NCBI GenBank assembly: GCA_963729605.1
Contig: CAVSNY010000007.1
Location: forward strand, 1,280,001 to 1,344,000
DNA: 64,000 nucleotides
Origin: an uncultured Gammaproteobacteria bacterium
GTDB lineage: Bacteria; Pseudomonadota; Gammaproteobacteria; DRLM01
Direction: 5' to 3'
The translations under genes and the position numbers were made by a program. Positions 49,807 to 62,310 of this stretch are shown here, in pieces. Every line of letters starts with the position of its first letter. Positions within the stretch are counted from its first letter, which is position 1. The notes under the pieces are model-generated. The model searched no databases, had not been told where the DNA came from, and worked only from the letters and a program-made list of their open reading frames with translations.

Positions 49807-51267
49807 TCAGCTTTCGGCGGTGTGATGCCCGAGATGGGCGCGGAAGAGGTCGAGAGTGTCGCGCCGGGTCTGGTCAAGATCGAGCACCGGGGCGGGGTAA
49901 TCGGCGCCGATGTGTATGCCGGCCGCGTCCAAGACCGGGCGCGGCGCGGTCCAGGGTTGATGGATCCAGCGTTTGGGCAGCGCGGCGAGTTCGGGTAACC
50001 AGCGCTGCAGATAACGGCCTTCGGGATCGAATTTTTTACTTTGCAGCACCGGATTGAAAATCCGGAAATAAGGCGCGGCGTCGGCGCCGCAACCGGCCAC
50101 CCATTGCCAGTTGAAACTGTTGTTGGCGAGATCGGCGTCCACCAAGGTGTCCCAAAACCAGCGCGCGCCCTCCCGCCAGTCGATGCGGCAATTCTTGACC
50201 AGAAACGAGGCGGCGATCATGCGGACCCGGTTGTGCATCCAGCCGGTCTGCCACAACTGACGCATGCCCGCGTCGATGATGGGAAAACCGGTCTGGCCGA
50301 GTTGCCAGGCATGCAGCAGGTGTTGCGCGTCCTGCCGCCACGGCAGTTCGCCGAAGCGCGGATTGAGCGGGCGATCGGTGGTATGTGGAAAATGATAAAG
50401 GACGTGGTGGGCGAATTCGCACCAGCCGAGTTCGCGGATCAGGCTTTCGGCCGCCTGCGTCAAGCCGCTGGTCTCGCCGCGATGGGCCCAATCGTTCAAA
50501 GTCCAGAGGATTTGCTGCGGGGTGATCTCGCCGAAATGCAAGTGCGGTGAGAGGCGCGAGGTGCCGGGCCGGTCGGGATAATCGCGCCATTGCGGATACA
50601 AGGCCAATGCCGATTGGGAAAAGGCCCGCAGCCGCTGATGGGCGCCGGCCTCGCCGGGCTGCCAGGTGTCGTGCAAGCCGGCATACCAGGGTTTGCTCGG
50701 CAGCAAACCCAGTTCGGTGAGGGCGAGAGAGGACAGGCCGCCGGGCACCGTCGGCAAACCGCTGGGGCTGGACAAAGGCGCGGGCGGCGACAAGCGTTGT
50801 TGGCAGACCCGCCAAAAGGGCGTGAAAACTTTGTAAGGTTCGCCGGTTTTATTGCGCAGCGTGCCCGGTTCGAATAACAGCCCGGCGTGGTACTGATGGC
50901 ACTGGACGCCCGCATCACTCAATTGTTGCGCAACCCGCCGGTCGCGCGCGATGGCCGCGGGCTCGTAACAGTGATTCCAATACACATCGCTCGCACCGCT
51001 TTGTTTGATGATAGATAACAGTTCGGCGGCGCTGTCGCCGCGCCGGATGATCAGGCGGCTGCCCAGCCGTGCCAGCGTGCCATTCAAGGCATTGAGACTT
51101 TGATGCAGCCACCAATTGCCGGCGGCGCCCGCGGGCCACGGTGCCTGTTCTTCGGGGGCGTGGATGTAGACCGGGACGATGGCGCCTCCTGCTGCGAGGG
51201 CATTATGCAAGGCGGGATGGTCGGCTACGCGTAAATCATTGCGGAACCAGACTAGGGTTGTCGTCAT
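49807..51267 (-). CDS. phrB: Deoxyribodipyrimidine photolyase (class I CPD)
   Basis: WFRNDLRVADHPAL, TSRLSPHLHFGEI, TGFPIIDAGMRQLWQTGWMHNRVRM, DADLANN, GADAAPYFRIFNP. Confidence 0.95.
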   Translation of the reverse strand: MTTTLVWFRNDLRVADHPALHNALAAGGAIVPVYIHAPEEQAPWPAGAAGNWWLHQSLNALNGTLARLGSRLIIRRGDSAAELLSIIKQSGASDVYWNHCYEPAAIARDRRVAQQLSDAGVQCHQYHAGLLFEPGTLRNKTGEPYKVFTPFWRVCQQRLSPPAPLSSPSGLPTVPGGLSSLALTELGLLPSKPWYAGLHDTWQPGEAGAHQRLRAFSQSALALYPQWRDYPDRPGTSRLSPHLHFGEITPQQILWTLNDWAHRGETSGLTQAAESLIRELGWCEFAHHVLYHFPHTTDRPLNPRFGELPWRQDAQHLLHAWQLGQTGFPIIDAGMRQLWQTGWMHNRVRMIAASFLVKNCRIDWREGARWFWDTLVDADLANNSFNWQWVAGCGADAAPYFRIFNPVLQSKKFDPEGRYLQRWLPELAALPKRWIHQPWTAPRPVLDAAGIHIGADYPAPVLDLDQTRRDTLDLFRAHLGHHTAES

Positions 51268-51338
51268 TATTGTTTATCTGAGTTGTGGGCGTGGAATTTT
51301 TTATCTAATAGTTAAGCGGTATCGCCATGCGCGTGTTT

Positions 51339-51881
51339 CTAAGACTGGGGTTTTTGCAGCGTCTTAAGCGCGGTGATGACTTCGCTGCTGTGAGTATCGG
51401 GATCCACCTTGCGATAGATTTTCGCGATATGGCCGGCCGGATCGATGATGAAGGTATGACGGCGCGCGTGGCTGAGCGGTCCCAAGGACCAGTAGGTGCC
51501 GTAGGTTTTCGAGACCGTGGCCTCCGCGTCGGAGAGCAAGGGGAAAGGCAGTCCATGTTTCTCGGCGAACGCGGCGTGGCTGGCGGCGCTGTCCAGGCTC
51601 ACGCCCAGCACCTGCGCGCCCAGGGCCTTGATGTGCATGATGTCGTCGCGGAAACCGCAGGCCTCTTTGGTGCAGCCCGGCGTGTCATTTTTGGGATAGA
51701 AGTAGAGGATGACCCACTGTCCTTGATAAGCGGACAGCTGCTGCGGCTTTCCGTTTTGATCGACCAAGGTGAAGTCGGGCGCGGGTTGGCCGATGCTGAA
51801 CTCATCGGCCTGCGCGGTGGCCAGGCCGAGCGCTGCGAATAAAGCGATCGCGACTTTCTGCAATGAAGAAGGATACGGCAT
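51339..51881 (-). CDS. bcp: Peroxiredoxin, BCP/PrxQ family, with an N-terminal signal peptide
   Basis: YFYPKNDTPGCTKEAC (CxxxxC), LPFPLLSD, RHTFIIDP; N-terminal ...GLATAQA|DE signal. Confidence 0.88.
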   Translation of the reverse strand: MPYPSSLQKVAIALFAALGLATAQADEFSIGQPAPDFTLVDQNGKPQQLSAYQGQWVILYFYPKNDTPGCTKEACGFRDDIMHIKALGAQVLGVSLDSAASHAAFAEKHGLPFPLLSDAEATVSKTYGTYWSLGPLSHARRHTFIIDPAGHIAKIYRKVDPDTHSSEVITALKTLQKPQS

Positions 51882-52191
51882 GGGGTGCTCCCGGTTGACG
51901 TGTATCAGGTACCGCCCGGCCTCTGGATGACACATAGTAAACAAAATCACAAAAAGAATACATCGTATTAGTCAATGGCGATGTGTCCGGCGCGGTCTTG
52001 TTATCAAAGTCGGTCATTTATGAGGCCATGCTCTTTAGCTTATTCCCGTTCCATGCAGGGGGATGGTCTTCGATGGGTGCGGAGCGCCCTGGAACGGGAA
52101 AGCTGGGGAGTAGATCCAAGTACAAGCCTCAATAAAAATAGCATTGGTAAAGCGGTGGCTTTAATAATGACGTTCTTATTACTATAGCGCC

Positions 52192-53115
52192 ATGACCCTG
52201 ACCGAACTCCGTTATATCGTGGCCCTGGCTCGCGAGCGTCACTTTGGGCGCGCCGCCGAAGCCTGCTTCGTCAGCCAGCCCACCCTCAGTGTGGCGGTGA
52301 AAAAGCTGGAAGACGAATTGAACATCGTCTTGTTCGAACGCGGCAAAACCGAAGTGAGCGTCACGCCCATCGGCGAGGCGGTGATCGTCCAGGCCTTGCG
52401 GGTGCTCGAAGAAGCGGAGCGGGTGAAACAAGTGGCGGCGCAGGGACGCAATCAATTGGCCGGCCCGTTGCGGCTGGGGGCGATTTATACCGTCGCGCCT
52501 TATCTGCTCCCGCAATTGATCCCCGCTTTGCATAAACGCGCGCCCGCCATGCCCCTGCTGATCGAGGAAAACTATACCGGGCGGTTGCGGGAAAAACTCA
52601 AGCAAGGCGAATTGGACGCCATCATCGTCTCCCTGCCTTTCACCGAGCCGGGGATCGAGGTGCGGCCCGTGTATGAGGAACCGTTCATGGTGGTCATGCC
52701 GAGTTCGCACCGCTGGCATGGGCGCGCATCCATCGCGGTAAGCGAACTGGCGACGGAGACCTTGTTGTTATTGGGCGCCGGTCATTGTTTCCGCGATCAG
52801 GTGTTGGGCGCCTGCCCGGATTGCCGGCGCGGCGCCGGCGAGCGTTCGCTGGAAAAAAGCGTGGAAGGCACCTCGCTGGAAACCGTGCGCCATATGGTGG
52901 CCTCGGGGATGGGTATCACCGTGTTGCCTTGTACCGCCGCGGGCGCCGACAAATACTCGCAACGGCTGCTGACCTCGAAACCCTTCAAGGCGCCCGTGCC
53001 GCAACGGCAGGTGGCCTTGGCCTGGCGCGGCAGTTTTTCGCGGCCCGACGCGATCGCGGCCGTGGAGGCGGCGATGCGCGGTTGCAAACTCAGCGGCGTG
53101 ACATTCCTCAAATAG
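52192..53115 (+). CDS. oxyR: Hydrogen peroxide-inducible LysR regulator
   Basis: HFGRAAEACFVSQPTLS HTH, GHCFRDQV peroxidatic Cys with a downstream Cys, TSLETVRHMVASG. Confidence 0.93.
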   Translation: MTLTELRYIVALARERHFGRAAEACFVSQPTLSVAVKKLEDELNIVLFERGKTEVSVTPIGEAVIVQALRVLEEAERVKQVAAQGRNQLAGPLRLGAIYTVAPYLLPQLIPALHKRAPAMPLLIEENYTGRLREKLKQGELDAIIVSLPFTEPGIEVRPVYEEPFMVVMPSSHRWHGRASIAVSELATETLLLLGAGHCFRDQVLGACPDCRRGAGERSLEKSVEGTSLETVRHMVASGMGITVLPCTAAGADKYSQRLLTSKPFKAPVPQRQVALAWRGSFSRPDAIAAVEAAMRGCKLSGVTFLK

Positions 53116-53148
53116 GTAAAAGCTATCTTGCGTATATCGACAATCAAT
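53112..53148. promoter_or_regulatory. OxyR binding site upstream of rubrerythrin
   Basis: ATAG-N7-CTAT-N7-ATAT-N7-CAAT vs consensus ATAG-N7-CTAT-N7-ATAG-N7-CTAT; the first ATAG contains the oxyR stop codon. Confidence 0.8.
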
Positions 53149-53230
53149 TAGCCGGACCCATACCGGCTGCCTATGATGTCTCCCAACCCGCCGGTCCGCG
53201 GCGAAATGTTAATGAGAGGAGACAGTCATC

Positions 53231-53704
53231 ATGAAAAAACCATCAGTGACGGTGCAAAACATCGAAGCCGCTTTCGCCGGCGAATCCATGGCGAATATCA
53301 AATACCGCTATTTCGCCGAGGTCTGCCGCCGTCATGGCGACGAGGAATCCGCCAGGGTGTTCGAGGACACCGCGGCGCAGGAGGTGCAGCACGCCTTCGG
53401 CCACATGGATTTGTTGTATCCCAAGGATCAACTCGATCCGGCGCGTTGCCTGGAACTGGCGATACAGGGCGAGACCTACGAATACACGGAGATGTATCCG
53501 GGCTTTCGCCACCTGGCCGAGCAGGAGCGCAACGACGCGGCGGTCAAGGAATTCGACGAGCAGATCGCCGAATCGAAGGAACACGCCGAACGGTTTCAAA
53601 ATACCTTGGAAAAGGCCGCCAAACGCTTCGCGGCCCTGACCGGCGTCGAAAAGCGTCACGCCGAACGTTATGCGGCCAATTTGCAACGCGTCAAGCGGGC
53701 TTGA
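53231..53704 (+). CDS. rbr: Rubrerythrin (di-iron domain only)
   Basis: AFAGESMA..KY..FA, QEVQHA, GETYEYTEMYP, ESKEHA, VEKRHA; no C-terminal CxxC rubredoxin domain. Confidence 0.9.
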   Translation: MKKPSVTVQNIEAAFAGESMANIKYRYFAEVCRRHGDEESARVFEDTAAQEVQHAFGHMDLLYPKDQLDPARCLELAIQGETYEYTEMYPGFRHLAEQERNDAAVKEFDEQIAESKEHAERFQNTLEKAAKRFAALTGVEKRHAERYAANLQRVKRA

Positions 53705-53748
53705 ACGGCTCGACTCGAAAATAGCTCAACCAACGCTGGAGTGTGATC

Positions 53749-53919
53749 ATGAAAAAGTGGGAATGTGTAGTGTGCGGTTTTGTGTATGATGAAGCGGTCG
53801 GCATGCCTAAGGAAGGCATCGCCGCCGGCACGCGCTGGGCGGACATCCCCGACCATTGGGAATGCCCCGATTGCGGTGTCGCGAAGTCCGACTTCGAAAT
53901 GGTGGAAATCGCCGCGTAG
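53749..53919 (+). CDS. rubA: Rubredoxin (56 aa); absent from the ORF track
   Basis: Manual translation [56 protein letters not shown], with two CxxCG motifs. Confidence 0.95.
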   Translation: MKKWECVVCGFVYDEAVGMPKEGIAAGTRWADIPDHWECPDCGVAKSDFEMVEIAA

Positions 53920-53941
53920 AATATCCGCACGGCGAAGGGCG

Positions 53942-53971
53942 AGGGCGGCCGCGTGCCGCCCTTCGATTTTT
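53942..53971 (+). terminator. Terminator-like hairpin after rubredoxin
   Basis: AGGGCGGC-CGCGT-GCCGCCCT followed by TCGATTTTT. Confidence 0.5.
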
Positions 53972-53999
53972 GATAACCGAATTCAGCAGGGTGCGAGGC

Positions 54000-55148
54000 A
54001 TGGAGAACGTAGTCATCATCGGTAGCGGCCTGGCGGGTTACACGCTGGCCAAGGAATTGCGCAAATTGGCGCCGGCGCTGCCGATCCGCATCTTGACGCT
54101 CGATGACGGCGCCTCTTATTCCAAACCGATGTTGTCCAACGCCTTGGCCAAGGGCAAGACCGCGCAAAGCTTGGCGATGGCCAGCGCGGAAGACATGGAG
54201 GCGCAGTTAAATCTCACCATAACCACCCACACCGCGGTCACCGCCATCGATACCCGGGCCCACACGCTGGCGACCGCCATGGAAGAGATTCCCTATGGCA
54301 AACTGGTGTTGTGCGTCGGCGCGGAGCCGATCCGTCCGCCCTTGGCGGGCGACGCCGCCGACCGCGTGTTGTCGGTGAATAATCTGGCGGACTACGCGGT
54401 GTTTCGCGATGCCTTGGAAAGCGCGCAGCGGGTGGCCATCATCGGGCCGGGATTGATCGGCTGCGAATTCGCCAACGATCTGCTCGGCGCGGGTAAACAG
54501 GTGGCGGTGATCGGGCCGGGCGCCGCGCCCCTCGATCGCTTATTGCCCACCGAGGCCGGCGCCGCCTTGCAAAACGCCTTGGCCCGGCAGGGCGTGACCT
54601 GGCATTTGGGCGCGACCGCGCTGCGGGTCGATCGCCAGGATGAGACGTATCGAATCACGCTGTCCGACGGCGCCACGCTGCACGCCGATTGCGTGTTGTC
54701 GGCGGTGGGCCTGCGGCCCAATCTCCAACTCGCCAAACTCGCCGGTTTGCAAACCGCCCGCGGCATCGTGGTCGATCGCCATCTGCAAACCAGCGCGCCC
54801 GATGTCTACGCCCTCGGCGATTGCGCCGAAGTGGAAGGCCTGGTGTTGCCGTTCGTGATGCCGATCATGCATGCCGCGCGCGCCTTGGCGCCGACCTTGG
54901 CGGGCACACCCACCGCCGTGAATTATCCCGCCATGCCGGTGGTGGTGAAGACCCCGGCCTGTCCGGTGGTGGTGTCGCCGCCGGCGGCGGACGCGGCAGG
55001 CGAGTGGCGCATCGAGCAGGTGGATGACGCTGGCGTGCGCGCCTTGTACCGCGGCGGCGACGGACGCCTGCTGGGCTTCGCCTTGACCGGCGCGGCGGCC
55101 GCCGAGCGTCAAACCTGGAGCAAGGAACTGCCGCCGGTACTGGGATGA
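54000..55148 (+). CDS. rubB: Rubredoxin-NAD(+) reductase (FAD-dependent)
   Basis: IIGSGLAG, YSKPMLSN, IIGPGLIGCEFANDL, YALGDCAE, YPAMPVVVKTP. Confidence 0.9.
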   Translation: MENVVIIGSGLAGYTLAKELRKLAPALPIRILTLDDGASYSKPMLSNALAKGKTAQSLAMASAEDMEAQLNLTITTHTAVTAIDTRAHTLATAMEEIPYGKLVLCVGAEPIRPPLAGDAADRVLSVNNLADYAVFRDALESAQRVAIIGPGLIGCEFANDLLGAGKQVAVIGPGAAPLDRLLPTEAGAALQNALARQGVTWHLGATALRVDRQDETYRITLSDGATLHADCVLSAVGLRPNLQLAKLAGLQTARGIVVDRHLQTSAPDVYALGDCAEVEGLVLPFVMPIMHAARALAPTLAGTPTAVNYPAMPVVVKTPACPVVVSPPAADAAGEWRIEQVDDAGVRALYRGGDGRLLGFALTGAAAAERQTWSKELPPVLG

Positions 55149-55166
55149 TTCAGTACGGCGGTCATC

Positions 55167-57965
<2,799 letters not shown>

Positions 57966-58049
57966 TACGTCTCTCTCAAAATACAAAAGAATCAGAACTA
58001 TAAATTTTGCGGGATGCGGCTCCGATAATCGCCGCGAGGCTGGGCCTTG

Positions 58050-58898
58050 TCAACGATTCTCGTTGCGCGAGATGCGCGCCAGCAGCCAGTCGAGGGCGGC
58101 GTAGGGTAGCACACGGCGGGCGGCGGCAAACAGATAGGTGGGCACGGTGACCGGATAACGCCGCCGCGGTCGCGCACTCTCCAAGGCGTGGATCACCCGT
58201 TTCAACACCGCCTCGGGCGGCAGGGTGAACGGCGCGGCGGGGCCGGCCTTTTCCAGCCTTTTGAGCACGCCCCGGTAGTGATCGCGATGGGCGCTGTGGT
58301 CGATGTCGATGGTGCGCCGGAAACCGGCCAGGGAATTGGCGCGGAAACGGCTCTTGATCGGACCGGGCTCGATGAGCGCGACGTGGATGCCGCTGGCCGC
58401 CAGCTCCAGGCGCAAGGTATCGACCAGACCTTCGAGGGCGAACTTGCTGGCGTTGTACGCACCCCGATAGGGCATGGCCACCAGGCCGAGCAGCGAGCTG
58501 TTGTAAATCAGCCGGCCGTGGCCTTGGGCGCGCATCACGGGGATGACGCGGTTGGTGAGCTCCTGGGTGCCGAACAGATTGGTCTCGAATTGCGCGCGCA
58601 AGACCGCGCGGCTCAAATCCTCCACCGCGCCGGCCTGGCCGTAGGCGGCGTTGTTGAACAGCGCGTCCAATGTGCCGCCGGTGTGGCGCAATACTTCGTC
58701 CACCGCCTGGTGTATGGAAGCGGAGTCGTCGAGATCGAGGTGCAGCGTCTCCAGCCCTTGCTCTTGCAGACGGGCCACGTCCTCCGATTTCCGGGCGCTG
58801 GCGAAGACCCGGTAACCGCGTTGCCGCAGGCCGAGCGCCATGCACAGGCCGATGCCGCTGGAGCAGCCGGTGATCAGTATGGATTTTGAATTCATCAT
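58050..58898 (-). CDS. Short-chain dehydrogenase/reductase (YbbO-like)
   Basis: ITGCSSGIG, LFNNA, YNASKFALEG (YxxxK), LIEPGPI. Confidence 0.9.
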   Translation of the reverse strand: MMNSKSILITGCSSGIGLCMALGLRQRGYRVFASARKSEDVARLQEQGLETLHLDLDDSASIHQAVDEVLRHTGGTLDALFNNAAYGQAGAVEDLSRAVLRAQFETNLFGTQELTNRVIPVMRAQGHGRLIYNSSLLGLVAMPYRGAYNASKFALEGLVDTLRLELAASGIHVALIEPGPIKSRFRANSLAGFRRTIDIDHSAHRDHYRGVLKRLEKAGPAAPFTLPPEAVLKRVIHALESARPRRRYPVTVPTYLFAAARRVLPYAALDWLLARISRNENR

Positions 58899-58938
58899 GG
58901 TGCTTATTGGAAGGCAGTCGTGATTCTACGCGCCGCCG

Positions 58939-59070
58939 CTGAACCTGTTCAATCCGATCGTGTATTTCAGCGGCTTCCGCTGGACCTGCTACGGCACCGC
59001 GGCGGTCGCCATCGACATCAGCCTCGCGATGACGCTGGGCTTCGTCGTCGCGTGCGTGGCAGGCCGCGCC
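58939..59070 (+). pseudogene. C-terminal remnant of an ABC-2-type permease (YadH-like)
   Basis: Reads LNLFNPIVYFSGFRWTCYGTAAVAIDISLAMTLGFVVACV, matching the LFNPVVYLISGFRW.FYG...SL.MTL.F tail of this family. The 5' part of the gene is absent. Confidence 0.6.
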
Positions 59071-59102
59071 GTCCGGGCGGCGCCCCCGCAGTACACGCAT
59101 CG

Positions 59103-62100
59103 CTACGCCGCCGGCCGCGCCCCCGCCGCGGCCGGCGGCGGACGGCGCCAATTGAGCACCATCAACGTGAGCGCCGGCAGGAAGGTCAGCGTGACGATGC
59201 TCGCGCCCAGCAGGCCGAACAACACGATCGCGCCGAGGCCGCGATAGAGCTCGGTGCCCGCGCCAGGGATGAACACCAGCGGCGACAGGCCGACGATGGT
59301 GGTGAGCGTCGACATCGCGATGGGCCGCAGCCGCGTTTCCACCGCCTCGCGCACCGCCTCGCGCGCGGCCATGCCGGCCTCGCGCACGTTGCTCATCGCA
59401 CGGTCGACGATCAGGATCGGGTTGTTGACCACCGCGCCCATCAGGATCAGAAAGCCCAGCATGGTGATCATGTCGAAGGACTGATGGATCGGATTGAGCC
59501 CCACCGCCGGCAGCAGCCCGCCCACCCAGTTCATCAGGTACAGGCCGAAGATGCCGCCGGCGACGCCGAGCGGCACCGCGGTCATGATCAGCAGCGGATA
59601 ACCCCAATGGCGGAAGATCGCCACCATCACGAGATAGATGATCACGGCCGCGACCAGGAAGTTGGCGCCCAGCGCGGCGCGCGTCGCGTCGAGCTGATCG
59701 CTCGCGCCCGAGATGTCGAGCGTGACGTCGGCCGGAATCGCGCCCTGTTCGCGCAGATGCCCCACCACCTCGTCGCGCACCACCTGCACGCCGGTCTCGA
59801 GCGCGACCTCGCGCGGCGGGATGATGTTGAGCGTCACCGTGCGCCGGCCGTTGATGCGGCGCACGTTACTGGTGTCGACGGTCTCGACGATCTCCGCGAG
59901 CGCCGCCAGCGGCACCACCGCGCCCTGCGGCGTGTGGATCAGCAGGTGGCCGATGTCGTCGATGCTCGCGTCCTGTCCGGCCGCGCTGTAGAGATAGATG
60001 TCGATCTTGTCGTCGTCCATGAAGAACTCGTCGACGAAGGCGCCGTCGGTGAACGCCGCGACCGTGAAGCCGAGCGCCTGCGCGCTCATGCCGAGTTCGC
60101 GCGCGCGCGCCCAGTCCGGGCGCACCTCGATCATGGGCTGCGACAGCGACAGCGTCGCCGGGTCGGCCTGGATGCGCGGACCGTCGAACACCTCTTCGGC
60201 GCGCCGCAGCGCGGCGAGCGCCGTGTCGTAGATCGAGGCGAGGTCCCGGCCCGAGATGTCGAGGTTGACGCTGCGCGTGCCGCCGTCGTTGCTGCTGATG
60301 ATGGAGCCGCGCGACGCGAACGCGCGCATGCCGGGATACTCGCGGTATTTCTCGGTCAGGGCGTCCATGAGGGCGTGGATGTGATCGGGATTCTTGGTCT
60401 CGGCGATGATGAAGATCCGCTGCGGCTCGACCAGCATGATCAGGAAGGCCAGCGCCGGCACCGCCGCCTCGCCGCGCGCGTAGCGCTCGGGCTCGTCGTC
60501 GAGGAACGGCACGAAATGCGCGTGCAGTTCGTCGGCGATGGCCGACATGGTCTGGATGTTGTAGCCGGGCGGCGCGTTCATCGCGGCGAAGGCCTTGGCC
60601 TCTTCGCCCTCCGGCAGATATTCGGCGGGCGGCGTGAGGCCGACGATGATCGCCGCGCTCGCGAGCACCGTGCCGGCGAGCGTGGCGATGCGGCGTGCGC
60701 GGGTATCGATCAGCCGGTCCACCATGGCCAAGGTCCACGCCCGCATGCGCGAGGGCGCGGGCGGCCGGTTCTCGGCGCCGAAGCCGAGCCGCGCGCTCGC
60801 GGTCGGCACCACGGTGATCGCGACGAGCATCGACGCGATGATCGCCGCCGAGATCGCGATCGCGACGTCGGAGTAGAGCTGGCCGGCCTCTTCCTCGATG
60901 AACACCAGCGGGATGAACACCAGCACCGTGGTCAGCGTCGACGCCAGCACCGCCGGCCACACCCGCCGCACGCCGTTCACCGCGGCGTCGAACAGGCCGC
61001 GGCCGCGGCGGCGTTCCTGCTCGATGCTCTCGAGCACGACGATGGTGTTGTCGAGCGTCATGCCGATCGCGAAGGCGACGCCGGCCAGCGAAATGACGTT
61101 GATGGTGCGGCCGAGCGCGAGCAGGCCGAGGAAGGCCGCGATCGTGCAGACCGGGATGCCGATGACGCCGATCAGCGTCGCGCGCCCCGAGCGCAGGAAC
61201 AGATACATCACCAGCGTCGCGAGCACCGCGCCCAGCGCAAGATTGGTCCAGACGTTCGCGAGCGAGTCCTCGACGTAACGCACGTCGTCGCTGGTGAGCG
61301 CGAGGTTCATGCCGGCGGGCTCGAGCACCTCGCGGTTGATGGCCTCGACCTCGGCCATCATGGCGTCCTTGATGTCGATGACGTTGGAGCCGGCCAGGCG
61401 CCGCACCGAGAGCCGGATCACGGGCGCGCCGTCGACATAGGATTTACTGGAGATCTCGAACTGGCCGAGGCCGATCTCGGCGACCTCGCCGAGGCGCGTC
61501 ACGGCGTCGCCGCGGCGCACGAGGATCAACTCCTCGAGCGCGGCGATGTCTTCGAAGCGGCCGATGGTGCGCAGCAGATAACGCCGCTTGCCCGATTCGA
61601 GTTCGCCGCCGGAGACGTCGCGGTTGCGCTCGACGATGGCCTGGCGCACGTCGCTCACGCCGAGCTCGCGCTCGGCGAGCCGCACGGGATCGATACGGAT
61701 CTGGATCTGGCGCTCGGCGCCGCCGCGCACGTCCACCTGCGACACGCCCTGGATGCGTTCCATGCGCGGCCGCACGTTGTCGTCGATGAAGTCGCGCATC
61801 ATGTCCATGTGGAGGCCGCGCGGATTGCCGGGCAGCGGCGCGACGCGGAAATGCATGAAGGCGTTCTGCGAGAACGAGGTCGCGAACACGCGCGGCTGAT
61901 CGACGTTGAGCGGGTACGACGGCACCTGGCTCAAGGCGTTGTTGATCTGGATCAAGGCCTCGTTCATGTCGACGCCGTACGGAAACTCGAGCTCGATCTC
62001 GGCCGAGCCGCTCTGCGCGCGCGCGACCATGCGTTGCAGGCTCGGCAGATTGCGCAGGTATTGTTCCTGTTCGATCAGGATCTCCTGCTCGATGTCCTGC

Positions 62101-62261
62101 GGCGTCGCGCCGGGCCAGGTCGTGACCACGGTCACCGTGCGCACCTCGAGATCGGGGATCATCTGCACGGGGATGCGCAGGGCCGCGGCGATGCCGAGCA
62201 CGCAGATGATCAGCACCGCGACCGTGGTCAGGATGCCGTGGCGGATCAGGCCTTCGAACAT
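59103..62261 (-). CDS. RND efflux permease (AcrB/AcrD/AcrF family)
   Basis: 1,052 aa; WPGATPQDIEQ, INVISLAGVAFAIGMTLDNTIVV, ASTLTTV.VF.P, GAVVNNPILIV, RLRPIAMSTLTT. Confidence 0.94.
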   Translation of the reverse strand: MFEGLIRHGILTTVAVLIICVLGIAAALRIPVQMIPDLEVRTVTVVTTWPGATPQDIEQEILIEQEQYLRNLPSLQRMVARAQSGSAEIELEFPYGVDMNEALIQINNALSQVPSYPLNVDQPRVFATSFSQNAFMHFRVAPLPGNPRGLHMDMMRDFIDDNVRPRMERIQGVSQVDVRGGAERQIQIRIDPVRLAERELGVSDVRQAIVERNRDVSGGELESGKRRYLLRTIGRFEDIAALEELILVRRGDAVTRLGEVAEIGLGQFEISSKSYVDGAPVIRLSVRRLAGSNVIDIKDAMMAEVEAINREVLEPAGMNLALTSDDVRYVEDSLANVWTNLALGAVLATLVMYLFLRSGRATLIGVIGIPVCTIAAFLGLLALGRTINVISLAGVAFAIGMTLDNTIVVLESIEQERRRGRGLFDAAVNGVRRVWPAVLASTLTTVLVFIPLVFIEEEAGQLYSDVAIAISAAIIASMLVAITVVPTASARLGFGAENRPPAPSRMRAWTLAMVDRLIDTRARRIATLAGTVLASAAIIVGLTPPAEYLPEGEEAKAFAAMNAPPGYNIQTMSAIADELHAHFVPFLDDEPERYARGEAAVPALAFLIMLVEPQRIFIIAETKNPDHIHALMDALTEKYREYPGMRAFASRGSIISSNDGGTRSVNLDISGRDLASIYDTALAALRRAEEVFDGPRIQADPATLSLSQPMIEVRPDWARARELGMSAQALGFTVAAFTDGAFVDEFFMDDDKIDIYLYSAAGQDASIDDIGHLLIHTPQGAVVPLAALAEIVETVDTSNVRRINGRRTVTLNIIPPREVALETGVQVVRDEVVGHLREQGAIPADVTLDISGASDQLDATRAALGANFLVAAVIIYLVMVAIFRHWGYPLLIMTAVPLGVAGGIFGLYLMNWVGGLLPAVGLNPIHQSFDMITMLGFLILMGAVVNNPILIVDRAMSNVREAGMAAREAVREAVETRLRPIAMSTLTTIVGLSPLVFIPGAGTELYRGLGAIVLFGLLGASIVTLTFLPALTLMVLNWRRPPPAAAGARPAA

Positions 62262-62310
62262 CGTGCCGTCGATGCGGGTGAGTGCGCGAACGCCGCGGCG
62301 CGCGCCGGGT

